DNA of 64,000 bases from an uncultured Candidatus Binatia bacterium (GTDB lineage: Bacteria > Desulfobacterota > Binatia > Bin18): the NCBI GenBank assembly GCA_965232605.1, contig CBDDQA010000003.1, positions 337,618 through 401,617 of the forward strand. Reading direction: 5' to 3'. Position numbers and translations under genes: made by a program. The notes beneath the pieces were generated by a model. The model was not told the DNA's origin. It did not search any database and saw only the letters and a list, made by a program, of their open reading frames with translations. Below, piece after piece: positions 50,646 to 59,531 of the stretch (its first letter is position 1; the number at the start of each line of letters is the position of its first letter).

Positions 50646-51086
50646 CTACCCACGTTGGGGCAGGGTGAAAGTCGCATCGCCAGTCAGAATCTTCTCCCCT
50701 TTTTGATTCTGCTGCCAGATCTCACAATCGACCAAGGGCTCGTCATGGGCATGATACGTCCGCGTCACCACTCCGCCACAGGTCAAGCGGTCCCCCGGAA
50801 AAACGTTGGCGGCAAAACGCAGCCTGGTTTTTCGCAGGTCCCAGGGACGGTGCAGCCAGTCGGTCAAAAAACGATACAGAAAGGTTTCGTTGAGCGGCCC
50901 TTGTTGGACAACATCGGGCAGCCCCCGTTCCTGCGCGTAGACACGGTCGAGATGCAGCGGATTATTGTCGCGCAGAATAATAGCCACGGGAATATACGCC
51001 AGGCGGTCCATCGGGCCATAGGTCGCCTGGGGGAGCGGCATGCCCTCATGCACATCTTCAAAAAAGATTTTCGGTCGAGTGTCCAT
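50646..51086 (-). CDS. MaoC-like (R)-hydratase hot-dog subunit
   Basis: 146 aa hot-dog fold; paired with upstream MaoC-N-like ORF. Confidence 0.65.
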   Translation of the reverse strand: MDTRPKIFFEDVHEGMPLPQATYGPMDRLAYIPVAIILRDNNPLHLDRVYAQERGLPDVVQQGPLNETFLYRFLTDWLHRPWDLRKTRLRFAANVFPGDRLTCGGVVTRTYHAHDEPLVDCEIWQQNQKGEKILTGDATFTLPQRG

Positions 51087-51089
51087 GGG

Positions 51090-51569
51090 TTATTTGAACA
51101 GGATGTACGACTGTGCCCCCTGAAAGGCCACCGCTTCGGAGTTATCCGTCGCCGTAAAACGGACCTGGATCACGTCAAACGCGCGTTTCCCCTTTTTCTC
51201 ATACACGTCCGCCACTTCGGACCGCACGGTCAGCGTTTCACCCACATAGAGAGGTCGCAGGTATTCCAATTCCTGCTCGCCGAACATGGCGGTTCCAGTC
51301 CGGTAGTTAAACAAAAAGTCTCGCTCCCAATCAAAAGCCCGGAGCAAGGCTTGGACCGCAACAAAGGGGGCAAACGAGGGCGGAATAACCCGGCGCTCGT
51401 AGCCGGTGGCCTGGGCTGCTCCGTCACTCAGAAAGGCGGCCTGCTCCTCACCCGCAACCGGGAGATAGTCCTGGATATCATCCTCACGAATGGTGTAGTG
51501 AACCAGAGGCAGAACGCGCCCGATCAGACAGGTCCGATCCGGCGCTACGACGGATTCTTGGCTGGCCAT
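51090..51569 (-). CDS. MaoC/hot-dog N-terminal-like subunit (HadA/HadB-type pair)
   Basis: 159 aa; 3-nt spacing to downstream hot-dog gene. Confidence 0.6.
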   Translation of the reverse strand: MASQESVVAPDRTCLIGRVLPLVHYTIREDDIQDYLPVAGEEQAAFLSDGAAQATGYERRVIPPSFAPFVAVQALLRAFDWERDFLFNYRTGTAMFGEQELEYLRPLYVGETLTVRSEVADVYEKKGKRAFDVIQVRFTATDNSEAVAFQGAQSYILFK

Positions 51570-51607
51570 AGGTTGGAGCAGGACGCCGGACCGGACGCCC
51601 TTGGGGC

Positions 51608-52006
51608 CTATTTCCCAAAGACTGCGTTGACGAGTTCGGTATCCAGGTATTCCATGACCTGTTGCACTTTCCCGTTTTCAAGTCGGAAGACCTGGGCGTA
51701 GGTGTTGTTATACGCCTTACCGGACTTGGTCATGGACTCACCGTGGCCTTGCAGGACTACGTTGTCCCCTTCGGCAATCAGATTCTCCACGTGCATGGTC
51801 AGCCCGTTTTCGAGCTGTGCCCCGAGCGGTGCCAGGACTTTTTCAACGAATTCCTGTTTGCCCTTGAATACGCCCGAGAATTTGGTCGAGCCGATCAGGG
51901 TGAAATTCACGTCGTCCGCCAGAGTGTTCAAAAAGGCGTCCGCGTTCCCTTTCGAGAGTTCGGCAAACATATTTCTGATGATTTCCTTATTCTCCGCTGC
52001 ACCCAT
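51608..52006 (-). CDS. NTF2/SnoaL-like (ketosteroid-isomerase fold) protein
   Basis: 132 aa; NKEIIRNMFAELSKGNADAFLNTLADDV... Confidence 0.6.
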   Translation of the reverse strand: MGAAENKEIIRNMFAELSKGNADAFLNTLADDVNFTLIGSTKFSGVFKGKQEFVEKVLAPLGAQLENGLTMHVENLIAEGDNVVLQGHGESMTKSGKAYNNTYAQVFRLENGKVQQVMEYLDTELVNAVFGK

Positions 52007-52177
52007 AATTTCCTCCTGTGGAACATTCTTTAGCGGAAGAACTGTACGCCGGATGACAAAAGGGTGTCAAGATAAGAGAGCAACGCACCGTCTGCCCTCG
52101 CAAGCCGTCCGCCACCTAATTCTCCCTATTGACGTGTGATACGCATTGTCATGAGTTCTCGCCAGCCGTGGGGGACT

Positions 52178-52492
52178 GCCGGGCCGGAGAGAACCCACCC
52201 CGCCGCTAGCGCGGCACCCCTCCAAGGAGGGGAGCTTTTTTATCCCCTCCTCGGAGAGGTGATGCACCTTACATTACTCGGCTGCCCCCCACTCCCCTGC
52301 GCTGTGTCGGTCTGCGACAGGGGGCCAGGAGTGCGGGCTGGAAGCGGGAGGGCGAGCGGCCCGAGGCGGTGGCCGCCGGACCGGTCCCGGGAGGCTCACG
52401 CCACGATCTGCATCACACGTCTTGGAAGGGGAGCTTTTTTATCCCCTCCTTGGAGGGGTGGCCGTAGGCCGGGGTGGGTTCCTTTTTGCATC
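52178..52492. repeat. MITE-like element carrying double-hairpin cores (CCCCTCCaaGGAGGGG-agcttttttat-CCCCTCCttGGAGGGG), ends CCGGAGAGAACCCACCCCG / CGGGGTGGGTTCC
   Basis: Core at 52217-52259 and 52421-52458; third copy at 53853..54012. Confidence 0.5.
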
Positions 52493-52497
52493 ATACC

Positions 52498-53778
52498 TTA
52501 GCGTCCGGGGAATCGCTCGCGCAGCCAGTCAATAATCACTTGCATTGTTGCGTCGCGTCCGCCGTGGTCGGGCTTCGATGGGAGCGGGAAACCAAAGTGG
52601 TCGGCGTCTACATGCGCGAGGTGTTTATCGTCAGCCGGTGAGTGTTGATAGACGGCTTCCGACTCCTGCGGATAGATGGCGTGGTCTCCGGTGTGATTCA
52701 CGACCAGGGTCGGCAGGCTGAGTTGGGGCAGATTGTCCAGGACAGCCGCTCGCGAGGACTGGCCCGACCAGGTGCTCAGCCAGGCGCGCGGTGTCTGGTA
52801 TTTGGCAAAACCGGCCTCAAGATAGTTGAACAGGTCCGGTCGCGGCGACCAGAGCGAGCCATAGTCCCGCGCCGAGAGGTGAATCGACGGGTCCGTATAG
52901 GCCAGATTGGCCTCGGTGCGGTGAATCTCCATATAGCGCCCAACCAGGGCCCGCCGGCTGAGAAAAGCTCTCCGCTCAAGCGACTGACCGTCAAAGTCCG
53001 GCTGTCGAATCTGGTCTTGAAAATAGCGCTGCTCGTCAACATGGCGACGGGCAATGGCGTCAATCCGCTTTACCCGCTGCACCTGAGCGGCCCGGTAACG
53101 GGCGATGAACTCGGCGCTATACGCGCTGGGCTGGGGCGGCTCACAAAAGCCGTTGGCCGGATGATACATATCCAGACTGGGGTCGCAGGAGAGCGGGTCG
53201 TCCTCGTCTGTGACGGAGGGGTCGATAGCGCCTTCCAGGAATTTTCCTTCTCCCAGGTGGGCCGCCAGAAAGACCATGCCGTCTGCGCCCGGCAGTTGAA
53301 ACCGATTCAGATCGTACGGGTCGCCGGCGGGGGTCGTTGTCAGCCGGCCCGGCGGGTCGGTCACGGCCTGGGCCAGATAAAAGGAATACAGGGAACCGCC
53401 GCCACTATTGCCGATCAGCGCGATACGCTCAAAGCCCCGCTCTTCTCTGAGGTAACGCAGGCTGGCGGCGATATCCAGCAGCAGCATTTCGTGGATACAG
53501 GCAATATCGTTGCTGGGCCAGCGGCCCTCCTGACCAAACGCGGCATAGCCACTGTCAAGCAGATAGGGGATGGCATAGTGACGGCTCATGTCGGCCCGCG
53601 GGTGCATCAGGCACACCACGGTTTTCTCGCCGCCACGGGTGTACAAGACGCCTTTTGATTCGCCCCGGTCCTCCGCGGTAAACGGAATAATCTCGGCCTT
53701 GGTGGGTGACGCGAGCGTCTCAAACGAAATCAGGCTGAGGCCCAGGGCCGAATAGCGTGGGATACGGGCGAGTGCCAT
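52498..53778 (-). CDS. alpha/beta hydrolase family protein
   Basis: 426 aa; nucleophile elbow GNSGGGS, C-terminal HTGDH. Confidence 0.75.
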   Translation of the reverse strand: MALARIPRYSALGLSLISFETLASPTKAEIIPFTAEDRGESKGVLYTRGGEKTVVCLMHPRADMSRHYAIPYLLDSGYAAFGQEGRWPSNDIACIHEMLLLDIAASLRYLREERGFERIALIGNSGGGSLYSFYLAQAVTDPPGRLTTTPAGDPYDLNRFQLPGADGMVFLAAHLGEGKFLEGAIDPSVTDEDDPLSCDPSLDMYHPANGFCEPPQPSAYSAEFIARYRAAQVQRVKRIDAIARRHVDEQRYFQDQIRQPDFDGQSLERRAFLSRRALVGRYMEIHRTEANLAYTDPSIHLSARDYGSLWSPRPDLFNYLEAGFAKYQTPRAWLSTWSGQSSRAAVLDNLPQLSLPTLVVNHTGDHAIYPQESEAVYQHSPADDKHLAHVDADHFGFPLPSKPDHGGRDATMQVIIDWLRERFPGR

Positions 53779-53852
53779 AGATAGTCTTCCTTTCTCACAC
53801 AGCTTTACGAGACATAGAAGACCCCGCTCCGCTTGTCAAAACACGTGTGCTG

Positions 53853-54012
53853 CCGGGCCGGAGGGAACCCACCCCGGCCCTTCGGGCCACCCCTCCAAGG
53901 AGGGGAGCTTTTTTATCCCCTCTTGGGAGGGAAAGAGGAAACGTATCCTCCAGTCAAAAAAAAGCTGGACACGTTTCCTCTTTGTGCCGCGTGAGCGGCG
54001 GGGTGGGTTTGC
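53853..54012. repeat. second copy of MITE-like double-hairpin element
   Basis: CCGGAGGGAACCCACCCCG...CCCCTCCAAGGAGGGGAGCTTTTTTATCCCCTCTTGGGAGGG...CGGCGGGGTGGGTTTGCC. Confidence 0.5.
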
Positions 54013-54258
54013 CTGGACTCGACCTGTCCGCCCAACTCCGCATCCCTCCCAGATGTGCACTGCCTATTCCTTACGACAAAGAGCCCGTTCCATGCCCCAC
54101 CACCGGGAAGTAGCGGAGGACCCGTGGGACTTCGGAATGGCCGACGATTACCCAGAACTGCGGTAAGGCCGCGGGTTCGCGGGAGGCATATCGACTGACT
54201 CTTCCTTGCACCCCTGCCCTTTTCCGGGCACTATAAGGTGCAAGGAAGAGAGGTGTGT

Positions 54259-55092
54259 ATGGCGACACCGGCACGCGAACGTTTCACCGCCCTGGTCTCG
54301 GGACCGGAAGCCGAACTGGACCTTGCCGAAGCCGCCCTGCTGATTGCGCAGGAAGAACAGCCCAACCTCGACGTTGCCCACTACTTGCAGCGTCTCGACC
54401 AACTCGCGGACGCGGTGCGCGCCAAGCTGCCCGAGTCCCCTACCCCTCAAGACCGAATTCAGGCCCTCAACTCCCATCTCTTTTTTGAGGAAGGGCTGAG
54501 AGGCAATGCCGGCGAATACTATGACCCGCGCAACAGCTTTCTGAACGAGGTTCTGGAGCGCAAGACCGGTATCCCGATCACCCTGTCCGTTCTGTATATG
54601 GAGGTGGGTCGGCGCTTGGGTCTCCCCTTGGCCGGAGTTGGCTTTCCGGGGCACTTTTTAGTCAAATATACCGGCCCGGATGAGGAGCAGATTCTCGACC
54701 CGTTTGCGGGTGGCACGACGGTGACCGAAGAGCAACTCGCTGCCAAGCTCAAGAGCATGTATGGAGATAATAATCCCTTTGTGGCTCAGATTTCGCAGCT
54801 ACTCGCCCCGGCAACAAAAAAAGAAATTCTCATCCGTATGCTCCGCAACCTCAAGGGCGTCTATCTGCAAAAGGGCGATTTTACCCGTGCCTTGAGCATT
54901 ATTGATCGAATTCTTTTGCTGGCGCCGGACGTTGCCGTAGAGGTCCGCGACCGCGGAGCCGTTCAGCAACGCCTGGGCCGCATGCAGGGCGCCGTCCGTG
55001 ACTTCAAGAAATATCTACAACTGGCGCCCAATGCCGAAGACGCGGCCAACATCCGCGCCCTTATCCAGCGCTCGGTCGCCCAGCTCAACTGA
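54259..55092 (+). CDS. SirB1-like transglutaminase-fold + TPR protein (YchA/UPF0162 family)
   Basis: 284/277 aa; ATG 54259 preferred over GTG 54238. Confidence 0.65.
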   Translation: MATPARERFTALVSGPEAELDLAEAALLIAQEEQPNLDVAHYLQRLDQLADAVRAKLPESPTPQDRIQALNSHLFFEEGLRGNAGEYYDPRNSFLNEVLERKTGIPITLSVLYMEVGRRLGLPLAGVGFPGHFLVKYTGPDEEQILDPFAGGTTVTEEQLAAKLKSMYGDNNPFVAQISQLLAPATKKEILIRMLRNLKGVYLQKGDFTRALSIIDRILLLAPDVAVEVRDRGAVQQRLGRMQGAVRDFKKYLQLAPNAEDAANIRALIQRSVAQLN

Positions 55093-55100
55093 AATGCGAC

Positions 55101-55138
55101 ACCCTCTCCCCTGGAGGGAGAGGGCCGGGGTGAGGGGG
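55101..55138. repeat. REP-like element (family B): CCCTCTCCC-ctgga-GGGAGAGGG + CCGGGGTGAGGGGG
   Basis: Copies also at 58126..58166, 61917..61978 (variant), 63222..63260 (inverted, partial). Confidence 0.45.
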
Positions 55139-55139
55139 A

Positions 55140-55568
55140 ATGTCCAACGCCATTCGGCCTGTCCGCGTCTCAGCCGGTCTCGTGACCCGCTCCGGCCAGT
55201 TACTCATCTGTCAGCGGCGCAGAGACGCCCTGCACGCCCTGAAATGGGAATTTCCCGGCGGCAAAGTCAAAGCCGACGAAGATGAGGCGGCCGGTCTGCT
55301 GCGCGAGTTGGCAGAAGAGCTGGGGATTCAGGCCACAGTGGGAGAAGCGCTCCACCGGACCAGCCATACCTATCCGAATGGTCGGCGGGTGGCCCTGACC
55401 TTTTTCCATATCCCGGCCTACCACGGGACTCTGGCCAATAATGTTTTTGAGACCCTCGCCTGGGTGGAGCCGAGGCAGCTCCTCGACTACGACTTTCTTG
55501 AGGGTAATATGGCCTTTGTCACCGACCTCGCACGGGGCCGGTGGGGTCATATTTTCTCCACCGACTGA
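55140..55568 (+). CDS. NUDIX hydrolase (MutT-like)
   Basis: Nudix box GGKVKADEDEAAGLLRELAEELGI. Confidence 0.8.
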   Translation: MSNAIRPVRVSAGLVTRSGQLLICQRRRDALHALKWEFPGGKVKADEDEAAGLLRELAEELGIQATVGEALHRTSHTYPNGRRVALTFFHIPAYHGTLANNVFETLAWVEPRQLLDYDFLEGNMAFVTDLARGRWGHIFSTD

Positions 55569-55634
55569 AACGTGGTGTTCCAGCGTCAATCACGACAGGC
55601 CGTAGCCATGTCGGACCGCTTGGGGGCTGGAGAC

Positions 55635-55722
55635 CTGGATTCCCGCTTGCGCGGGAATGACACCCTCTTCCTTTCTCGTGCGACAAACTAGACCGCTGGA
55701 TTCCCGCTTGCGCGGGAATGAC
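55635..55722. repeat. two copies of 27-nt direct repeat CTGGATTCCCGCTTGCGCGGGAATGAC (internal 8-bp palindrome), period 61 bp
   Basis: Copies 55635-55661 and 55696-55722, identical. Confidence 0.4.
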
Positions 55723-55772
55723 GGACGGCTATACACGCTCTCGCCCGCCCCTGTTTCGACACCTTCCCCGGC

Positions 55773-56819
55773 TCACACCTTGAAGCGGAAGTGGACTACG
55801 TCGCCGTCCTGCATGACGTAATCCTTGCCTTCGAGCCGCATTTTTCCCACGTCCCGACAGCCGGCCTCGCCGCCGTGTTCGATATAGGCTTCGTAGGCGA
55901 TGACCTCGGCTCGAATAAAGCCGCGTTCAATATCCGAGTGGATTTTCCCTGCGGCTTTGAGCGCCGACATGCCGCGCTCTATGGTCCAGGCGCGGGCTTC
56001 CATTGGCCCCGCGGTGAAAAAGCTCATGAGGTTCAGCATCCGATAGGCATACTGGATAAACCGATCCCGTGCCGACTCCTCAACGCCGAGGTCGGCCAGA
56101 AAGAGGCCGCGTTCGTCTTCCTCCAGTTCGGCGATTTCCATCTCCACCTTGCCGCAGATGGGCACGGCGGTGAGCCCCTGCTCCGCAATATAGGATACGA
56201 CTCCCTGCGGCATTTCAGCCTGCATCTCTTCTTCTGCCCGGTTATAGACAATCAGCAGGGGTTTCTGACTCAGAAAGGCAAAACCCGACAGCAGCATCTT
56301 CTCTTCGGGCAGAAACGATTCGTTCCGCAAGGGCCGCTCTGCTTCGAGCGCGGCCTGGCATTTCTCCAGCAACTCGCGTTCGCGCTCCTTGCCCTTTTCC
56401 TTGCGCAGGCGTTCCAGGCGTTTCTCAATCACCCCCATGTCAGCCAGGATCAACTCTGACTGAAAGTCCCGCAACGCTCGGAGCGGGTCGGCAGGCGCGG
56501 TCGCCAGCGGGTCGTCAAAGGCGCAGACCACTTGGGTCAGCGCTTCGACCTCGCGCATCTGGGCCAGCGAGCGCGTATCGAGCGCGGCCTTGCGCTCGGT
56601 CGAGGGCGGAAAGTCGAGAAACGTCACTTCCGCATATTTTTTCCGGTCGGGCTGAACGATCTCGGCCAGAGCATCAACCCGGCGGTCGGGCACTTTGACC
56701 ACGGCAATCGCGGCGTCGCGTTTGGTCTCAAAGCTGCCGACCTCTGCGCTCATGCCGGTCAGGGCGTTAAAGATGGTGGTTTTTCCCGAACGGGCAAATC
56801 CGACTAGGCCGACTTTCAT
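55773..56819 (-). CDS. ychF: YchF/Obg-family ribosome-associated GTPase/ATPase
   Basis: MKVGLVGFARSGKTTIFNALTG..., C-terminal TGS (DGDVVHFRFKV). Confidence 0.75.
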   Translation of the reverse strand: MKVGLVGFARSGKTTIFNALTGMSAEVGSFETKRDAAIAVVKVPDRRVDALAEIVQPDRKKYAEVTFLDFPPSTERKAALDTRSLAQMREVEALTQVVCAFDDPLATAPADPLRALRDFQSELILADMGVIEKRLERLRKEKGKERERELLEKCQAALEAERPLRNESFLPEEKMLLSGFAFLSQKPLLIVYNRAEEEMQAEMPQGVVSYIAEQGLTAVPICGKVEMEIAELEEDERGLFLADLGVEESARDRFIQYAYRMLNLMSFFTAGPMEARAWTIERGMSALKAAGKIHSDIERGFIRAEVIAYEAYIEHGGEAGCRDVGKMRLEGKDYVMQDGDVVHFRFKV

Positions 56820-56885
56820 AGGCCGGAGTCTAGCAGCTTAGGGGTATATTTGCACCGCTCAAGCGCCGCTAGGGCTCACAGCCCG

Positions 56886-56997
56886 CGCAACGCGGGCTTG
56901 GTGTTGTCACACATTTAACGATTTTTGAGGCCGACCAGCTTGGCCAGCAGGTTCGCCAGACACGCAACGCGGGCTTGGTGTTGTCACGCATTTAACG
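56886..56997. repeat. two copies of ~35-nt direct repeat CGCAACGCGGGCTTGGTGTTGTCAC(A/G)CATTTAACG, period 77 bp
   Basis: 56886-56920 and 56963-56997, one mismatch. Confidence 0.4.
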
Positions 56998-57022
56998 GCG
57001 TTTCTGGTCCTGAGGTTTTGCG

Positions 57023-58105
57023 CTAACGACGAAACTCTTGAATGGACGTGGCCGGCCGGCCGTCCTTGAGGGCAATCTGACGGGTCACGGAGCGGGTCAT
57101 GGCCCCGAACGTGGGCATCCAGCACGAGTGGCGACCCGGACCGCCGACGACAAGAATCATGAGCCGTTCCGGCTGGCGAATCAGCGGGATGGCGGCGGCG
57201 GCGGGAAAGGCCTCATCGGGGGTAAATCCCATGCCGATCATGCCGCCGGCCTCCCATTGTTCGCGCGGCACCCGGGCGTGCTCAAACACATAGGCGCGGA
57301 TGTCCTCTTTTGAGAGGCCGTCTCGGGCCAGGATTTCGGCGTGCTCCGGTCCGAGCGCCAGAATCGGCTCACCGAACGCGTAGGCGTTATTCGAGCCCAT
57401 ACCGGCCATGGTGCTGGCGATGGTCGTCAGAATCCCCGGCGCGGCACTGCTGATATGGTCGTTGATATTATGCGGCCCTTCCGCCCCGCACACCGTGACC
57501 GTGCTGGTCTCGGCTGCAAGGCCGCGTTCGACGTGCAGTGGCCCCCAAGGGTTTTCTTCCTCGTTCTCGGCAATGCAATAGCTGTACTTTGCGGGTTGGC
57601 CCTGGGTTGAGCGGTCCAGCATACCCGGCGTTCCCCCGCCGACATTCAGCAGGACCAGACGAATCGCCCGGCCGATTGTGGCGTTTGGCCGCCAGCCCTG
57701 GCCAAAGGCGTTATAGCGCGAGTTGACGCCGATTTCCGTCGCAATCGGGCCGTTGAGAATCAGCAGCGGCGCGCAGGGATGGGTGGTGCTCTGGACTCCG
57801 TACAGATTGAACGGGCCTTCGAGCAGCGCCTCGACCGCGGCAATAATGACCGGAAAGTATTCGGGGACACAACCGGCCATCACTGCGTTCACGGCCAGTT
57901 TTTCCAGGGTGGCCAGGCCGTATTTGGGCGGTATCGGTCCCAGGACGTCTTGGGGAGCGCGGTCCGTCCAGGCCAGCATCGTTTCCACCCGCTCTGGTGT
58001 GGGCGGAATAATCGGCAGACCGTCGGTCCAGCCCTGGTCGTAAAACCAGTCGTTGACAGCTTCGAGAGCGTCGTCCAGAGAGATGCGGTCTGATTGGAAA
58101 TGCAT
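57023..58105 (-). CDS. uncharacterised protein, paralog of the C-terminal domain of the 26538..28241 gene (GWTDGLPIIPPT family)
   Basis: MHFQSDRISLDDALEAVNDWFYDQGWTDGLPIIPPTPERV...LAVNAVMAGC...LLILNGP; start trimmed to ATG 58105 because track N-terminus (MTPLPRPSPSRGEG) is a translated REP element. Confidence 0.7.
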   Translation of the reverse strand: MHFQSDRISLDDALEAVNDWFYDQGWTDGLPIIPPTPERVETMLAWTDRAPQDVLGPIPPKYGLATLEKLAVNAVMAGCVPEYFPVIIAAVEALLEGPFNLYGVQSTTHPCAPLLILNGPIATEIGVNSRYNAFGQGWRPNATIGRAIRLVLLNVGGGTPGMLDRSTQGQPAKYSYCIAENEEENPWGPLHVERGLAAETSTVTVCGAEGPHNINDHISSAAPGILTTIASTMAGMGSNNAYAFGEPILALGPEHAEILARDGLSKEDIRAYVFEHARVPREQWEAGGMIGMGFTPDEAFPAAAAIPLIRQPERLMILVVGGPGRHSCWMPTFGAMTRSVTRQIALKDGRPATSIQEFRR

Positions 58106-58168
58106 GACGCCACTGCTCTCTTCGACCCCCTCTCCCCTGGAGGGAGAGGGCCGGGGTAAGGGGGTCAA

Positions 58169-58768
58169 TTACGCTGACACCCGCTCGATCTTTTTCTCCA
58201 TCGGCTTGAGAAACCGCCCGCGATACGCGTCGGCCAACTGTTCTGCCGGCTGGGTCAGAATAGCCAGAATTTCATCCACCACGGCCGCGGCCTTGGCCTG
58301 CACCACCTGCGGCGTATTGCCGGCCAGGGGATGGGGAATCACGGCAATGGGCACCCCGCTCATACCCAGGGTGCGGGACTCGGCCCGACCGAGCGGAGCA
58401 AACTCGTCGCTGCAAATAATGGCGGTCGGAACGCCTTGCTTTTCCAGTTCAATGGTGTCGTGGAGACCCCACGACGTACACGAGCCTCAATCGCCTATGG
58501 CCACGACAACCGCATCACAGGTTGACAGGCGGGCCAGAACTTCCTTGGGTGCGCCGAGCGAGGCGTTTTTCTCACCCTTGATGACGGCGAAGTCCCCGCA
58601 ACGTTCGTGCAGCAGCGTTTCCACCTGTTCGAGCAGCAGGCCGGCGTTGGCCTTCCGGTTATTCAGAAAACCAATGGTTTTCCCGCGCAGGCTCCCCTCT
58701 CGTCGGGCAAGCGGCAGGTCACCGGCTTGCGCCTCTCCAATTGGGCTGAGGACTTCAATCTGTCCCAT
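58169..58768 (-). CDS. UGSC-family selenoprotein (~200 aa), in-frame TGA comp(58487..58489) read as Sec
   Basis: ORFs 58487..58774 and 58169..58363 share one frame; read-through ...AVVVAIGD-U-GSCTSWGLHDTIELEKQGVPTAIICSDEF...; GGGAGG RBS before ATG 58768; homologous to 27921..28241 ORF. Confidence 0.65.
58457..58475 (-). promoter_or_regulatory. SECIS-like hairpin 12 nt after UGA (GUCGUGG-GGUCU-CCACGAC)
   Basis: 7-bp perfect stem; GGUC loop resembles the E. coli fdhF SECIS apical loop. Confidence 0.5.
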
Positions 58769-58872
58769 ACGCACCTCCCTTGCTCTTCGCTATATAGTCC
58801 AACCCTCTTGCCCGTGCAATGGAACGCCGGGTACAGTTTCGACCATCAGGCCATCACATCAGGAATAGCGCC

Positions 58873-59478
58873 ATGGCGAACGTCAAAATCCCGGTTTACT
58901 ACGATTATGCCTCTTCCCTCAGCTATATCGCCAAGCGCGTGCTGGAACAGCTTGACGGTCAACTCGCAATCGAACTGTTGTGGAAAGGCCTCAACATTGC
59001 TCGCCGTCACCAGGGCTGGAAGAACGGCGAGATGATCGGAGACGAGGCCAAAGGCAAAATTGTTCGCATCTCGCGCGAGACCGGCGTCCCGCTGCGCATC
59101 CCGACAAAATGGCTGGACTCGGCCCATGCCTTGGAAGCGGCCGAATTCGCCAAAGGCCACAATCTGTTTGCCGCCTATCACGAGGCGATTTTTGTGGCCG
59201 CGTTTGAGGCAGAGCAGGATATTGGCGAGCGGTCTGTTTTGCTTGGCGTGGCCGAACAGGTGGGCTTACCCGTGGCGGAATTGGAGCAGTCGCTACAATC
59301 CGGCGAACTGACCCAGCGGGTCCGGGCAACCGAACAGGAAGCCGCCAGGTTTGGCATAGTCGGCTATCCCACCTTTCTGCTCGGCGAATTTCCGTTGATT
59401 GGCATTCAGCCGGCGGAAACCATGCGCCTGCTGATTCAGCGCTATGTTGATAAAGCGCGCGAGCAGGTGGGGCATTAG
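58873..59478 (+). CDS. DsbA-like thioredoxin-fold protein lacking the CxxC motif (HCCA-isomerase-like)
   Basis: [20 protein letters not shown]... (SSLS in place of CPxC) ...[10 protein letters not shown]; divergent from UGSC gene. Confidence 0.65.
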   Translation: MANVKIPVYYDYASSLSYIAKRVLEQLDGQLAIELLWKGLNIARRHQGWKNGEMIGDEAKGKIVRISRETGVPLRIPTKWLDSAHALEAAEFAKGHNLFAAYHEAIFVAAFEAEQDIGERSVLLGVAEQVGLPVAELEQSLQSGELTQRVRATEQEAARFGIVGYPTFLLGEFPLIGIQPAETMRLLIQRYVDKAREQVGH

Positions 59479-59531
59479 GGTGTGCATTCTGCCCTTGGCG
59501 GCGGTATATACGTGTACAGGAGAAGAACGCC

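Noticed and set aside
52136-52501. 121-aa ORF and 52067..52267 ORF
   Set aside because: Lie entirely within the MITE-like repeat region; sequences are translated hairpins
55635-56997. CRISPR arrays
   Set aside because: Each locus has only two repeat copies, the two loci have unrelated repeats, and no cas genes are in the window; kept only as repeat findings
58106-58168. N-terminal extension MTPLPRPSPSRGEGVEESSGV of the UGSC-partner gene (TTG start)
   Set aside because: It is the translation of the family-B REP element; ATG at 58105 is the likelier start
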